Assembly: GCA_963791045.1 (NCBI GenBank)
Contig: CAWBQK010000015.1
Coordinates: 192,001 to 256,000 of the forward strand
DNA: 64,000 bases
Reading direction: 5' to 3'
Source: Candidatus Latescibacterota bacterium
Lineage (GTDB): Bacteria; Krumholzibacteriota; Krumholzibacteriia; WVZY01
Part shown: piece after piece, positions 10,897 to 19,887 of the stretch
Position numbering within the stretch: position 1 is the stretch's first letter
Layout: the number at the start of each line of letters is the position of its first letter
Notes under the pieces: model-generated
What the model was told of the DNA's origin: nothing
The model's input: only the letters and a program-made list of their open reading frames with translations
Database searches by the model: none
Made by a program: the position numbers and the translations under genes

Positions 10897-12072
10897 CTAT
10901 TCCGACATCTGGCTTGCCATTATCTTCTCACGCTTAATATGCTCCGACTGACGCGCAATCTGTTTCCTGGCGTAATCACTCCACGGCTCTTCCTGGAGTT
11001 GAACGGCTTTCGAAAACTTCTCTATCGCACCGTCATAATTCTTTGATTTCTCCAGAATCTTGCCCCAGAGAGAATACAGCCATGCTTCCTGGCTTCCCCG
11101 GCCGATGCCCTCTTTTATCGTCTCGACCGCACTGGCCGTTTGGCCGGTCGACATGTAGCAATCGACGAGCGGCCCGTAGAGATCGTCCATCTCGCCGCCG
11201 AGCGATGCATACTTCTCGAACGCGTCGCGCGCTTTCTTCTTCTGGTTCAGCTTATAATGGGCGACACCGAGATTGCGGTACGCGTTTACGTTTTCCGGTT
11301 CGAGCGCTACAAGTTTGTTGAGCGGATCGATCGCTTTCTCGAATTTCTTTTCCTTTATATAAACCACACCGAGCTTGCCGAGAAACTCCGTGTTCTCCGG
11401 GTCGAGTTCGATAGCTTTTTCAAGCAGATCGGCAACGGTGCCGTTGCCGCCGCGTTTTGCCTCGACCTTTGCGAGCGCCACGATTACATCGGCGTTTTCC
11501 GGATCGGCGTCCAGCACGCGTTTGTAATAATGAGATGCCGCGTCGAAGTTGCCAAGCTTGCTTTCCAGATAACCGAGCTGTTTGAGCGCGTCGATATCTT
11601 CACGGTTGGACTCTAGAATCGTCCGGTAACAATCCTTGGCGTCGTCGTACTCGCCGAGACGAATGTGGTTGTACGCCATTCTCGAAAGCACGTTGTGTTT
11701 GTCCGCGCCGAGTTCAATCGCCTTGCCGTAGGCTACGTTCGAACCGGCAAAGTCCGATGTCGCCGTACAGCAATATCCAAGAAGCATCCATCCCTTCAAG
11801 AACTCGGGATACATTTCGGTCAGTTCGGCCGACGCTTGTTTGGCCGCTGTGTAGTTTTCCGATTGGAGATGGCTCTCAACCGTTGAAACCATTCCGTCCG
11901 CTTTTGTCGCGAACGCAGGTTCCCCACCAATCGTCGGCAAACTACTGTAGGAATCTGCTGACGCAAAAACCGGACTGATTTCAAATATTGAAGTTGGAAT
12001 AACACCAGCGACGATAAAAATCGCCCCGGTCAGGAGAGCACAAACGAATGTCTTGTACACGGTAGATGTCAT
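10897..12072 (-). CDS. Tetratricopeptide-repeat protein, exported or membrane-anchored
   Basis: N-terminal hydrophobic segment and many TPR units (A..Y..A..LDP.N). Confidence 0.85.
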   Translation of the reverse strand: MTSTVYKTFVCALLTGAIFIVAGVIPTSIFEISPVFASADSYSSLPTIGGEPAFATKADGMVSTVESHLQSENYTAAKQASAELTEMYPEFLKGWMLLGYCCTATSDFAGSNVAYGKAIELGADKHNVLSRMAYNHIRLGEYDDAKDCYRTILESNREDIDALKQLGYLESKLGNFDAASHYYKRVLDADPENADVIVALAKVEAKRGGNGTVADLLEKAIELDPENTEFLGKLGVVYIKEKKFEKAIDPLNKLVALEPENVNAYRNLGVAHYKLNQKKKARDAFEKYASLGGEMDDLYGPLVDCYMSTGQTASAVETIKEGIGRGSQEAWLYSLWGKILEKSKNYDGAIEKFSKAVQLQEEPWSDYARKQIARQSEHIKREKIMASQMSE

Positions 12073-12098
12073 ACTTAAACCCTTTGATACGTTGTCTA

Positions 12099-12115
12099 AA
12101 CAAGTCCCGTGCCAA
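12099..12115 (-). promoter_or_regulatory. Possible sigma54 promoter for the TPR gene
   Basis: TTGGCACG-N4-TTGT on the minus strand (one mismatch at -12). Confidence 0.4.
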
Positions 12116-12540
12116 AAAGTCCTTATGTTTCAATAGCCTCAGGGATAATCCTACGAAGGCTTGTGGGGTTGGTGGTGGAGCCATTAATAATTAGTTGTAT
12201 TTACTGGTGTTTGTCAAGGATTTCCACGCTAAAAAAATCGATAAATATTTGCAATAATTTGGCTTGACGAACTCGCGCTCTCGCATTATAAGCGCGGGTT
12301 CGCCCTCAAACAGGTGCGCAATATTGGGCAAACTGCCCATGATGTTTACACCGCAAGTGATCAAAAAAAGCACGGTGCACGGGTGTGATTTCAAAAATGC
12401 GCGGCAAACCGGGGAGGGGCGCTTGACTTCGCGGCGGTTCATCCTATTATTGACGTTCGCACAAACACCCGGAGAAACCCGTCGATAGACCAAACGTTTT
12501 CAGTCGATTGTTCCGCCGTTTCCGAATCGGAGGACCCACG

Positions 12541-13107
12541 ATGCGCGGCTCAATTTCTTTTGTGAAGGTTCGACGGTGTGTCTTGTCCTGCCTCATTATA
12601 GTAGTGACTATCGCGGCCGGCTGCGGACCAAAGCAGCCGAGCTGGTATAAACCATCCTACCCCGGCGCCACATTCGTCGCGCTCTCCGACATCGAGTTCG
12701 ATGACGGCGACACGTTCAAAATAAAAGGAGAGTCGATCCGCGTCCTCGGAATCGACACACCCGAGATCGCTCACCCGGAAATGGGGAGACATGAGGATCA
12801 GCCATTCGGAGTCGCCGCGTCCGATTCGACCAAAGCGTGGATGACCCGGGCGCGTGTTCTCGAGGTCGTCATTGCGGGGCGCGACCGTTACAAACGACAG
12901 CTTGCCCATGTTTTTATTGACGGTGAACTTCTCGCATGCGAGTTGATCCGCCACGCGCTTGCGTACGAGACGGTGAGTCACTACGGCGACAATGGATTTC
13001 CCGATCTCGCGCAGGAGATTCTCGACACAGCGCGCACGTCGCCCAAACCCCAATTCCAACAACCGTACAAATGGAAAGCGAAATACAAGAAGAAGAGCAC
13101 GCACTGA
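12541..13107 (+). CDS. Thermonuclease (SNase) family lipoprotein
   Basis: Lipobox IAAG-C; DGDT, IRVLGIDTPE, DRYKRQLA. Confidence 0.88.
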   Translation: MRGSISFVKVRRCVLSCLIIVVTIAAGCGPKQPSWYKPSYPGATFVALSDIEFDDGDTFKIKGESIRVLGIDTPEIAHPEMGRHEDQPFGVAASDSTKAWMTRARVLEVVIAGRDRYKRQLAHVFIDGELLACELIRHALAYETVSHYGDNGFPDLAQEILDTARTSPKPQFQQPYKWKAKYKKKSTH

Positions 13108-13142
13108 CGACGCCGGCGCCGCACGGCAGCCGTCTCGAGGGG

Positions 13143-13955
13143 TTATTCGAGTGATTTGATAAACGCGCCGAGACCGTCTGTGTAGAGAGCGCCTGACTCG
13201 ATGAACCCGCCGTTGTGATCACCGCGGATTTCGAGAAGTCGTTTGGGTTCGAGGGCGAGGTCGAAGACACGTTGCCCCAACTCGAACGCGACGATTTCAT
13301 CCTGGCGGCTGTGGATGAAGAGCTTCTTGCACTCAACCCGGGTGATACTATCGGTCGAGTCGAAACGAACCCTCAGGAGCCGGCGCACGGGGAGCAGCGG
13401 ATAAGCGCGGGCGCCGACATCGGCCAGGGACGGGAAGCACGACTCCAGGATGAGTCCCCTCGGAGGAAACTCCGCCGCAAGGTCGACCGCCACCGCGGCG
13501 CCGAGCGAGCGGCCAAAAAACAAGATGTTCCGGGGCGCGATGTTTTGTTTCTCCACGAGAAATTGGTACGCCGCGCGCGCGTCCGCATACACCCCCTTCT
13601 CCCCCACCGATCCATCGCTTCGTCCGTATCCCCTGTAATCGACAATAAAAACCGACAGACCCAGGTCGTGAAATATCCGAATCGACTCGAGTCGGTGCGA
13701 TATATTGCCCGCATTGCCGTGAAAAAACAGAACGACGAGTTCGGATTCTGCGGATGGGACGAACCAGCCGTGGAGACGAATCCCGTCGGACGTGTCAACG
13801 AACACGTCGTCGTAGGGCATCCCCGCGTGCGTGGGGTCCGCGACCATCGCTCGGTCCGGGAAAAACACCATTTTCTTCTGGAATACAAAGGCGAGCAGGC
13901 AGACAAGGACATAAATCCCGGCCAGAATGGCGAGTATCATCATCGGATGGCGCAT
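13143..13955 (-). CDS. Alpha/beta hydrolase (YfhR/ABHD13-like)
   Basis: FFHGNAGN, DYRGYG, GRSLG, HSRQDEIV, GDHN. Confidence 0.9.
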   Translation of the reverse strand: MRHPMMILAILAGIYVLVCLLAFVFQKKMVFFPDRAMVADPTHAGMPYDDVFVDTSDGIRLHGWFVPSAESELVVLFFHGNAGNISHRLESIRIFHDLGLSVFIVDYRGYGRSDGSVGEKGVYADARAAYQFLVEKQNIAPRNILFFGRSLGAAVAVDLAAEFPPRGLILESCFPSLADVGARAYPLLPVRRLLRVRFDSTDSITRVECKKLFIHSRQDEIVAFELGQRVFDLALEPKRLLEIRGDHNGGFIESGALYTDGLGAFIKSLE

Positions 13956-14086
13956 CGTCCCCCTAATGTGGTATTATGTGCCGTCAGTGGTTTTGACCGA
14001 CAGCCCGTTGTCCGATCTTCTTCGGACCCGCCGACCTCAAGAGACAAACAACCGCTTACCGCGAAGGATCCAAAAAGGAGAGGCCC

Positions 14087-15241
14087 ATGGCCGACACGTA
14101 CAAAGATATCGAGACAAAACTCATCCACTCCGGCGAATCGCCTCGCTTTGAAGGCGCCGTCACCACGCCGGTGTTTCAATCCGCCATGTTCGAGACTTAC
14201 GGCGGCGAAGGCTATCACGACGTCAAATACATTCGTCTTAACAATACCCCAAATCACGAGGTTCTCCACAAAAAACTCGCGGCGATAGAAAACGCAGAAG
14301 CCGCGCTGGTTACATCGAGCGGGATGGCGGCGATCACAACGGCGCTCCTCTCCACCTTGAGTTCCGGAGATCATTTTCTTATTCAGAACACACTCTACGG
14401 CGGCACCGACACATTCGTCACAAACGACATCCCGCGCTTCGGGATTGAATTTGACTTCATCGATCCGCTCGACCCCGGTTCGTGGGAGTCAAAGCTCAAG
14501 CCGAACACGAAAGTGATCTACGTCGAGACGATTTCCAACCCGTTGGTCAGCGTCGGCGATCTCAAGGCGATCAGCGCGTTTGCAAAGGCTCACAAACTCA
14601 TATCGATGATCGACAACACTTTCGCCAGCGCCGTCAACTTCAGACCGATGGAGCACGGCTTTGACATGTCGCTTCACAGCTGCACAAAGTATCTCAACGG
14701 TCATTCGGACATCGTCGCCGGCGCGATTATTGGCAAGTCTGATCACATCGCCAGGGCCAAGCTCATGCTCGATCATCTTGGTGCGACGCTCGACCCGCAT
14801 GCGTGCTTTCTTTTGCAGAGGGGGATGAAGACGCTCGCCCTCCGCGTGGGCCGGCAGAATGAAAGCGCGATGAAGATCGCGACATTTCTCGAAAACCACG
14901 AAGCCGTGGCGAAGGTGAACTACCCGGGGCTCGAATCGAGTCCATATCACGCACTTGCAAAAGATCTCTTCGACGGTTTTGGCGGGATGCTGAGCTACGA
15001 AGTGGCCGGCGATGTTGACAAGGCCGATCGTTTTCTGAAGAAAACTACGATTCCACTCGTGGCGCCGAGCCTCGGCGGCACCGAGTCTCTTCTCACCCGT
15101 CCGGCCGTCACGTCGCACGCGGGAATGGATCCGGCGGCGCGAAGGAAAAAAGGAATCGTCGACACATTGATCCGTATGTCCGTCGGAATCGAGTCGGTCG
15201 ACGAGTTGATCGCCGATCTCGACCAGGCGCTCGCCGGATAG
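14087..15241 (+). CDS. PLP-dependent trans-sulfuration enzyme (cystathionine gamma-lyase/synthase or Met gamma-lyase family)
   Basis: SSGMAAI, ETISNP, IDNTFAS, HSCTKYLNGHSD, SLGGTESL, RMSVGIE. Confidence 0.92.
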   Translation: MADTYKDIETKLIHSGESPRFEGAVTTPVFQSAMFETYGGEGYHDVKYIRLNNTPNHEVLHKKLAAIENAEAALVTSSGMAAITTALLSTLSSGDHFLIQNTLYGGTDTFVTNDIPRFGIEFDFIDPLDPGSWESKLKPNTKVIYVETISNPLVSVGDLKAISAFAKAHKLISMIDNTFASAVNFRPMEHGFDMSLHSCTKYLNGHSDIVAGAIIGKSDHIARAKLMLDHLGATLDPHACFLLQRGMKTLALRVGRQNESAMKIATFLENHEAVAKVNYPGLESSPYHALAKDLFDGFGGMLSYEVAGDVDKADRFLKKTTIPLVAPSLGGTESLLTRPAVTSHAGMDPAARRKKGIVDTLIRMSVGIESVDELIADLDQALAG

Positions 15242-15265
15242 CGGATAATTCGAGGTTGGACGCGA

Positions 15266-16505
15266 ATGGAAATCTTACTGATTGAACCCTTTTTCACGGG
15301 TTCTCACGCCCAATGGGCGAACGGGTACGCCCGCCACAGCGAACACAATGTGCGGACGCTCAGTCTGAGCGGCGCGCATTGGAAGTGGAGAATGCACGGC
15401 GGGGCGGTGACGCTCGCGCGCAAGTTTCTCGAAGTCCACCATCGCCCGGATCTTCTGCTTGCCACCGACATGCTCGACATGACGACGTTCCTCGCGCTCA
15501 CGCGGGCGCGAACGGCGGAGATCCCGACGGCGATCTACTTCCACGAGAATCAGATCAACTACCCTTGGTCACCCAAGGACCGCGATCTCCACCGCGAGAG
15601 GGACAAACACTACGGATTCATAAATTTCGCGTCGGCCCTCGCGTGCGACCGTGTGTTTTTTAATTCGCAGTACCATATGGAATCGTTTCTCTCGGAGCTC
15701 CCCGAGTTTTTGCATCAATTCCCCGATCACCAGGAAATGGGACAGATCGATCAGTTGCGCGAAAAGTGCTCCGTTCTGCCACTCGGTTTCGAATTTTCAA
15801 AACTCGACCTGCCGGGGGGCCGGCCGGGATCAACACCAGCGCCGTCGGCCGCAACGACGGCCTCTCGCGTCACGGCGCCGCCACGCCCGACGGCCGTGCA
15901 GGGTCAAACGCCCGGCGCGGGGGCGCATCCGGCGCGGCGGAATCGAGCAAAGAGGTCGACAACCGGCCGCCTCTTATCCTGTGGAACCACCGTTGGGAAT
16001 ACGACAAGAATCCTGAAGAGTTTTTTGAAGCGTTGAAGATCGTAAAGGCGGCGGGAATGGAATTCGAGGTCGCGCTTCTCGGCGAGAGTTTCGACGTGAT
16101 TCCCGATTGCTTTGCCCATGCCGAGGTCCAACTCGGCGATCGCATCGTGCAGTTCGGGTACGCGGAGACCCACGAGGAGTACACGCATTGGCTCCATCGC
16201 GCCGACATCCTCCCCGTCACCTCCAACCAGGATTTCTTTGGCGCGGCGGTGATCGAGGCAGTGTACTGCAACTGCTTCCCGCTTCTTCCCAACCGGCTCG
16301 CATTCCCCGAGTTGTTCCCCCCGAACTCAGGCCCTCCTGCTTCTACAAGGATTCCGGAGATCTCATTCGCCGTCTCGGAACGGCCATCCAGCAGATCGAC
16401 CGGCTCCGGAAAATCAGCTTTAAGCCCATCGCCGAGAAATATGACTGGCGCCACATGGCACCGATATACGACGCCACCTTCCAGGACCTCGCGGCCCCGA
16501 AGTGA
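15266..16505 (+). CDS. DUF3524/GTDC1-like GT-B glycosyltransferase, with two frameshifts
   Basis: EPFFTGSH, WKWRMHGG, YFHENQ, FNSQYH in frame 1; LWNHRWEYDKNP, QDFFG...EAV in frame 2; KYDW at the end in frame 3. Confidence 0.82.
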
Positions 16506-16568
16506 CGATTGACACGGGGAACCAAATCGAGCAAGATATGTGTTCCCTCAAAAATGAAACGGAAGCCG

Positions 16569-17492
16569 ATGACAAACGAGACAGAAATTATGGTACGCCC
16601 GAACGTGGCGGCCATCGACGCGATTCTTGGCAAAACATTCAAGGTCCTCGATGACGGTTTTGTGCGTGTCGTGGATTACATGGGCTCGGACGGCGCCATC
16701 GTTCAGGCGGCCCGGGTCTCGTACGGCGCGGGCACAAAACGCGTGACCGAAGACCGCGGACTGATCCGCTACCTGCTCCGCAACCGTCACACAACTCCGT
16801 TCGAGATGTGTGAAATCAAACTCCATGTCCGCGTGCCCATGGATTGCTGGCGGCAGTGGATCCGGCACAGGACGGCAAACGTCAACGAGTACTCGACACG
16901 GTATTCGATCGCAATCGACGCGTCACAACGCACACCGGCGGCCGACTGGCGCAAACAAGCACTCGGCAACAAACAGGGCAGCGAAGGATTTCTTGAAGAG
17001 GATGCGGGCGCCGCGCTTTCGCAACAAGAGCTCGAAATCCAGAACACGAGCCGCGCGGTATACCAGGGACGGCTCGACGCCGGCGTCTCGCGCGAGCAGG
17101 CGCGCAAGGATCTGCCGCTCTCGACGTACACCGAAGCATACTGGAAGATCGATCTTCACAACCTGCTTCGGTTTTTGTCGCTGCGAATGGACGAACACGC
17201 CCAGATAGAAATCCGCGAGTACGCAAATATGATCGGCGAACAAATCGTCGCCGCCTGGTGTCCGATCGTTTGGGAAGCGTTCCTCGACTACCAGATGAAC
17301 CACCTGAGCTTCTCGCGTCTCGAGATAGCGATCGTAGACGCGCTCGGCCACGGCGACGCCGAAGCGGCCGTCGAACTCGCGAAGGGTTACGGCTGGCTCG
17401 AGATGGGCAAAAAGGGACTCAAGCGCAACCGCGAACGCAGCGAATTCGAAACCAAGCTCGCTCGCCTCAATCTTTCGATTCCGTGGAAGTAG
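16569..17492 (+). CDS. thyX: FAD-dependent thymidylate synthase
   Basis: AARVSYG, HTTPFE, RHRTANVNEYSTRY (RHRx7S), REQAR, HAQIEIR. Confidence 0.95.
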   Translation: MTNETEIMVRPNVAAIDAILGKTFKVLDDGFVRVVDYMGSDGAIVQAARVSYGAGTKRVTEDRGLIRYLLRNRHTTPFEMCEIKLHVRVPMDCWRQWIRHRTANVNEYSTRYSIAIDASQRTPAADWRKQALGNKQGSEGFLEEDAGAALSQQELEIQNTSRAVYQGRLDAGVSREQARKDLPLSTYTEAYWKIDLHNLLRFLSLRMDEHAQIEIREYANMIGEQIVAAWCPIVWEAFLDYQMNHLSFSRLEIAIVDALGHGDAEAAVELAKGYGWLEMGKKGLKRNRERSEFETKLARLNLSIPWK

Positions 17493-17496
17493 GGTC

Positions 17497-18630
17497 GTGA
17501 TGTTCGGAAAACGCTTCGACCTTTTTACCTTGTTCGGCTTCCGGGTTGGCATCGACACCAGCTGGTTTTTTCTCGCCGTCCTCGTCACGTGGTCGCTCGC
17601 CACGGGCATCTTCCCCTCATGGCACCCGCATCTCGCATCGGTGACCTACTGGGTTATGGGCGCCCTCGGGGCGGTCGGGCTTTTCTTCTCGATCGTTTTT
17701 CACGAACTCGCCCACTCCCTCGTCGCCCGTCAACACGGTGTCATGATGCGTGGGATCACGCTCTTTATTTTCGGCGGCGTCGCGGAGATGACCGACGAAC
17801 CGCCCAGCGCGCGCGCCGAGTTTCAGGTAGCCGTCGCGGGGCCGTTGGCGAGCCTCCTCATCGCACTCGTCTGTTTTACATTCACGTTCTTCGGCAACAT
17901 GCTCGGTTTTCCGGAGCCATTGATCGGCGTTATCAATTATCTCGGTCTGATTAACGGCGTGCTCGTGCTCTTCAACCTGATTCCCGCGTTTCCGCTCGAC
18001 GGCGGCCGCGTCCTGCGTTCGTTTCTGTGGCACTGGAAGAAAGACCTCTACTGGGCGACCTACATCACGTCGAGAATTGGCGTGGGGTTTGCGTTTGTGT
18101 TGATCGCGGGCGGCGTGCTGCGCGCGATCATGGGCGATATAGTCGGCGGGATTTGGAGTTTTCTGATCGGGATGTTCCTTCGCGGCGCGGCGAACATGTC
18201 ATACAAACAATTGATGATGCGGCGTTCGCTCGAGGGCGAGACCGTCCGCCGCTTTATGCGATCCGACCCGGTCACGGTACCCGCGGAAATACAAGTTCAG
18301 GATCTCGTCGCGGATTATGTTTACAAATACCACTACAAGATGTTTCCCGTAATGGATGGGGGGAAGCTTTTTGGATGTGTGCGCACAAGAGAAATCAGGG
18401 CGCTCCCGCGGGAGACATGGGCGCGGTACACGGTGCGTGAAATCGCCATCGCGACCTGCGATCAGAACAGTATCGGCCCCGACGTCCACGCGATCCACGC
18501 GCTGGCAAAAATGAACCAGACCGGGGCGACGCGGCTCCTCGTCATCGAACACGGCGAACTTGTCGGTGTGATTACGTTGAAGGATCTTCTGCAGTTTCTC
18601 TCGCTAAAAGTCGATCTCGGCGATTCCTGA
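17497..18630 (+). CDS. Site-2 protease (M50) with CBS domains
   Basis: HELAH, AGP, FNLIPAFPLDGGR, C-terminal CBS pair. Confidence 0.92.
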   Translation: MMFGKRFDLFTLFGFRVGIDTSWFFLAVLVTWSLATGIFPSWHPHLASVTYWVMGALGAVGLFFSIVFHELAHSLVARQHGVMMRGITLFIFGGVAEMTDEPPSARAEFQVAVAGPLASLLIALVCFTFTFFGNMLGFPEPLIGVINYLGLINGVLVLFNLIPAFPLDGGRVLRSFLWHWKKDLYWATYITSRIGVGFAFVLIAGGVLRAIMGDIVGGIWSFLIGMFLRGAANMSYKQLMMRRSLEGETVRRFMRSDPVTVPAEIQVQDLVADYVYKYHYKMFPVMDGGKLFGCVRTREIRALPRETWARYTVREIAIATCDQNSIGPDVHAIHALAKMNQTGATRLLVIEHGELVGVITLKDLLQFLSLKVDLGDS

Positions 18631-18640
18631 CGCGGTCCCG

Positions 18641-19858
18641 TCACGACCAGCCATTTTTTAACCGCGATTTCAGCCAGCGCGTCGCGAGAGTTCCCATCCC
18701 GGCAGCCCACGGCATCGGGTCGTCCCACGACCAAATCGGTTGCTTCGATCTCGACACCAGGCTCAACCATTCGAACATCCCCGGCGTCGTCTCCTTGGGC
18801 TGGTTCTTGATAGCTTGATAATCGTAGTAGGGGTAGACGAGCGATACTCCGACTTCGTAATCGACGGGCGGCGTTACGGCGAGCCCCAGCGCATCGCGAT
18901 AGGCCATCTCTACGACATCGACTCCGCACAGCGCCGCGAATTCGACATACCACCACGGCCGGCAGTTTACTTCGATAATCTTGAACGCGCCGTCGCGCTC
19001 GTCCTGCTTGAACTCGGCCGAGAATATGCCGCGGTACCGTGCGGTTTTGAAAAGATTTTTGAGCGCTTCGGTGGCCGGCTCAACCTTGTCGAGTTCTTCG
19101 GACACCACGTAGCTGCTGTTCCCAAAATCCGACGGGTGCATCCGTATTCTTTGCCGCGCAAAGAACGTCACGACATCGTGGTCGCGATTCACAAATCCGT
19201 CGACAAAATGATGGTTCGCCGATGTTCCCGGGATGTATTCCTGAAGGATGAAATCAAACCCCTGCGCGTGCGCGTCGGTAAAACGCGACACGGCTTCGTC
19301 AACCGAGTTTACCCGGATCGCTTTCTCGCCAAACCGCCGGTGAAAAAGCTGTGAGTTCGAGGGTTTTAGAAAAACACTCCCACCCCATTCGCCCACCAGT
19401 CTCGACACATCGTCGGCGGAATTCACCGGCGCGGATCTCGGGTGCGGCACGCCCGCCTCGCGAAGAAGCTCCTCAAAACCGCGTTTCTCGACAAAACGCT
19501 TGTTCACATCGAAAGACGAGACACACGCGGGAAAACGAGCCCGGAGATCGTCCGGCAAACGCGTTATTTCAAGGGTCCAATGATCCGAACATGACATCAA
19601 CACCGCGCGTTCGAACGGGAGCGATTTCAAACAGGCGGAGAGACTGGCCGCATCGTCAACCGCCCCAACTCTTGGGGACGCCTTCCGGCACCAGCGCGAA
19701 TGCGCTTCGTTGTCGAGGTTCTCGGAAATGCACCAGGAGGGGATTCCCCTCCTACCCAGACAGCGAATCACACCCAGTGCCGTCAAGCCGGTGCCGAGCA
19801 CGATTACCGGCACAATATCTCTGGATGAATTCTTTGTCTTTTCCGTGTTGTCCTGCAT
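18641..19858 (-). CDS. ATP-grasp carboxylate-amine ligase (D-aspartate ligase-like)
   Basis: LGVIRCLGR, FLKP, LQEYIPG, EFKQDERDG.FKIIEVNCR, DDPMP. Confidence 0.8.
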   Translation of the reverse strand: MQDNTEKTKNSSRDIVPVIVLGTGLTALGVIRCLGRRGIPSWCISENLDNEAHSRWCRKASPRVGAVDDAASLSACLKSLPFERAVLMSCSDHWTLEITRLPDDLRARFPACVSSFDVNKRFVEKRGFEELLREAGVPHPRSAPVNSADDVSRLVGEWGGSVFLKPSNSQLFHRRFGEKAIRVNSVDEAVSRFTDAHAQGFDFILQEYIPGTSANHHFVDGFVNRDHDVVTFFARQRIRMHPSDFGNSSYVVSEELDKVEPATEALKNLFKTARYRGIFSAEFKQDERDGAFKIIEVNCRPWWYVEFAALCGVDVVEMAYRDALGLAVTPPVDYEVGVSLVYPYYDYQAIKNQPKETTPGMFEWLSLVSRSKQPIWSWDDPMPWAAGMGTLATRWLKSRLKNGWS

Positions 19859-19887
19859 CCGTTCAACGCTCCGATGCTTCAATGTGC

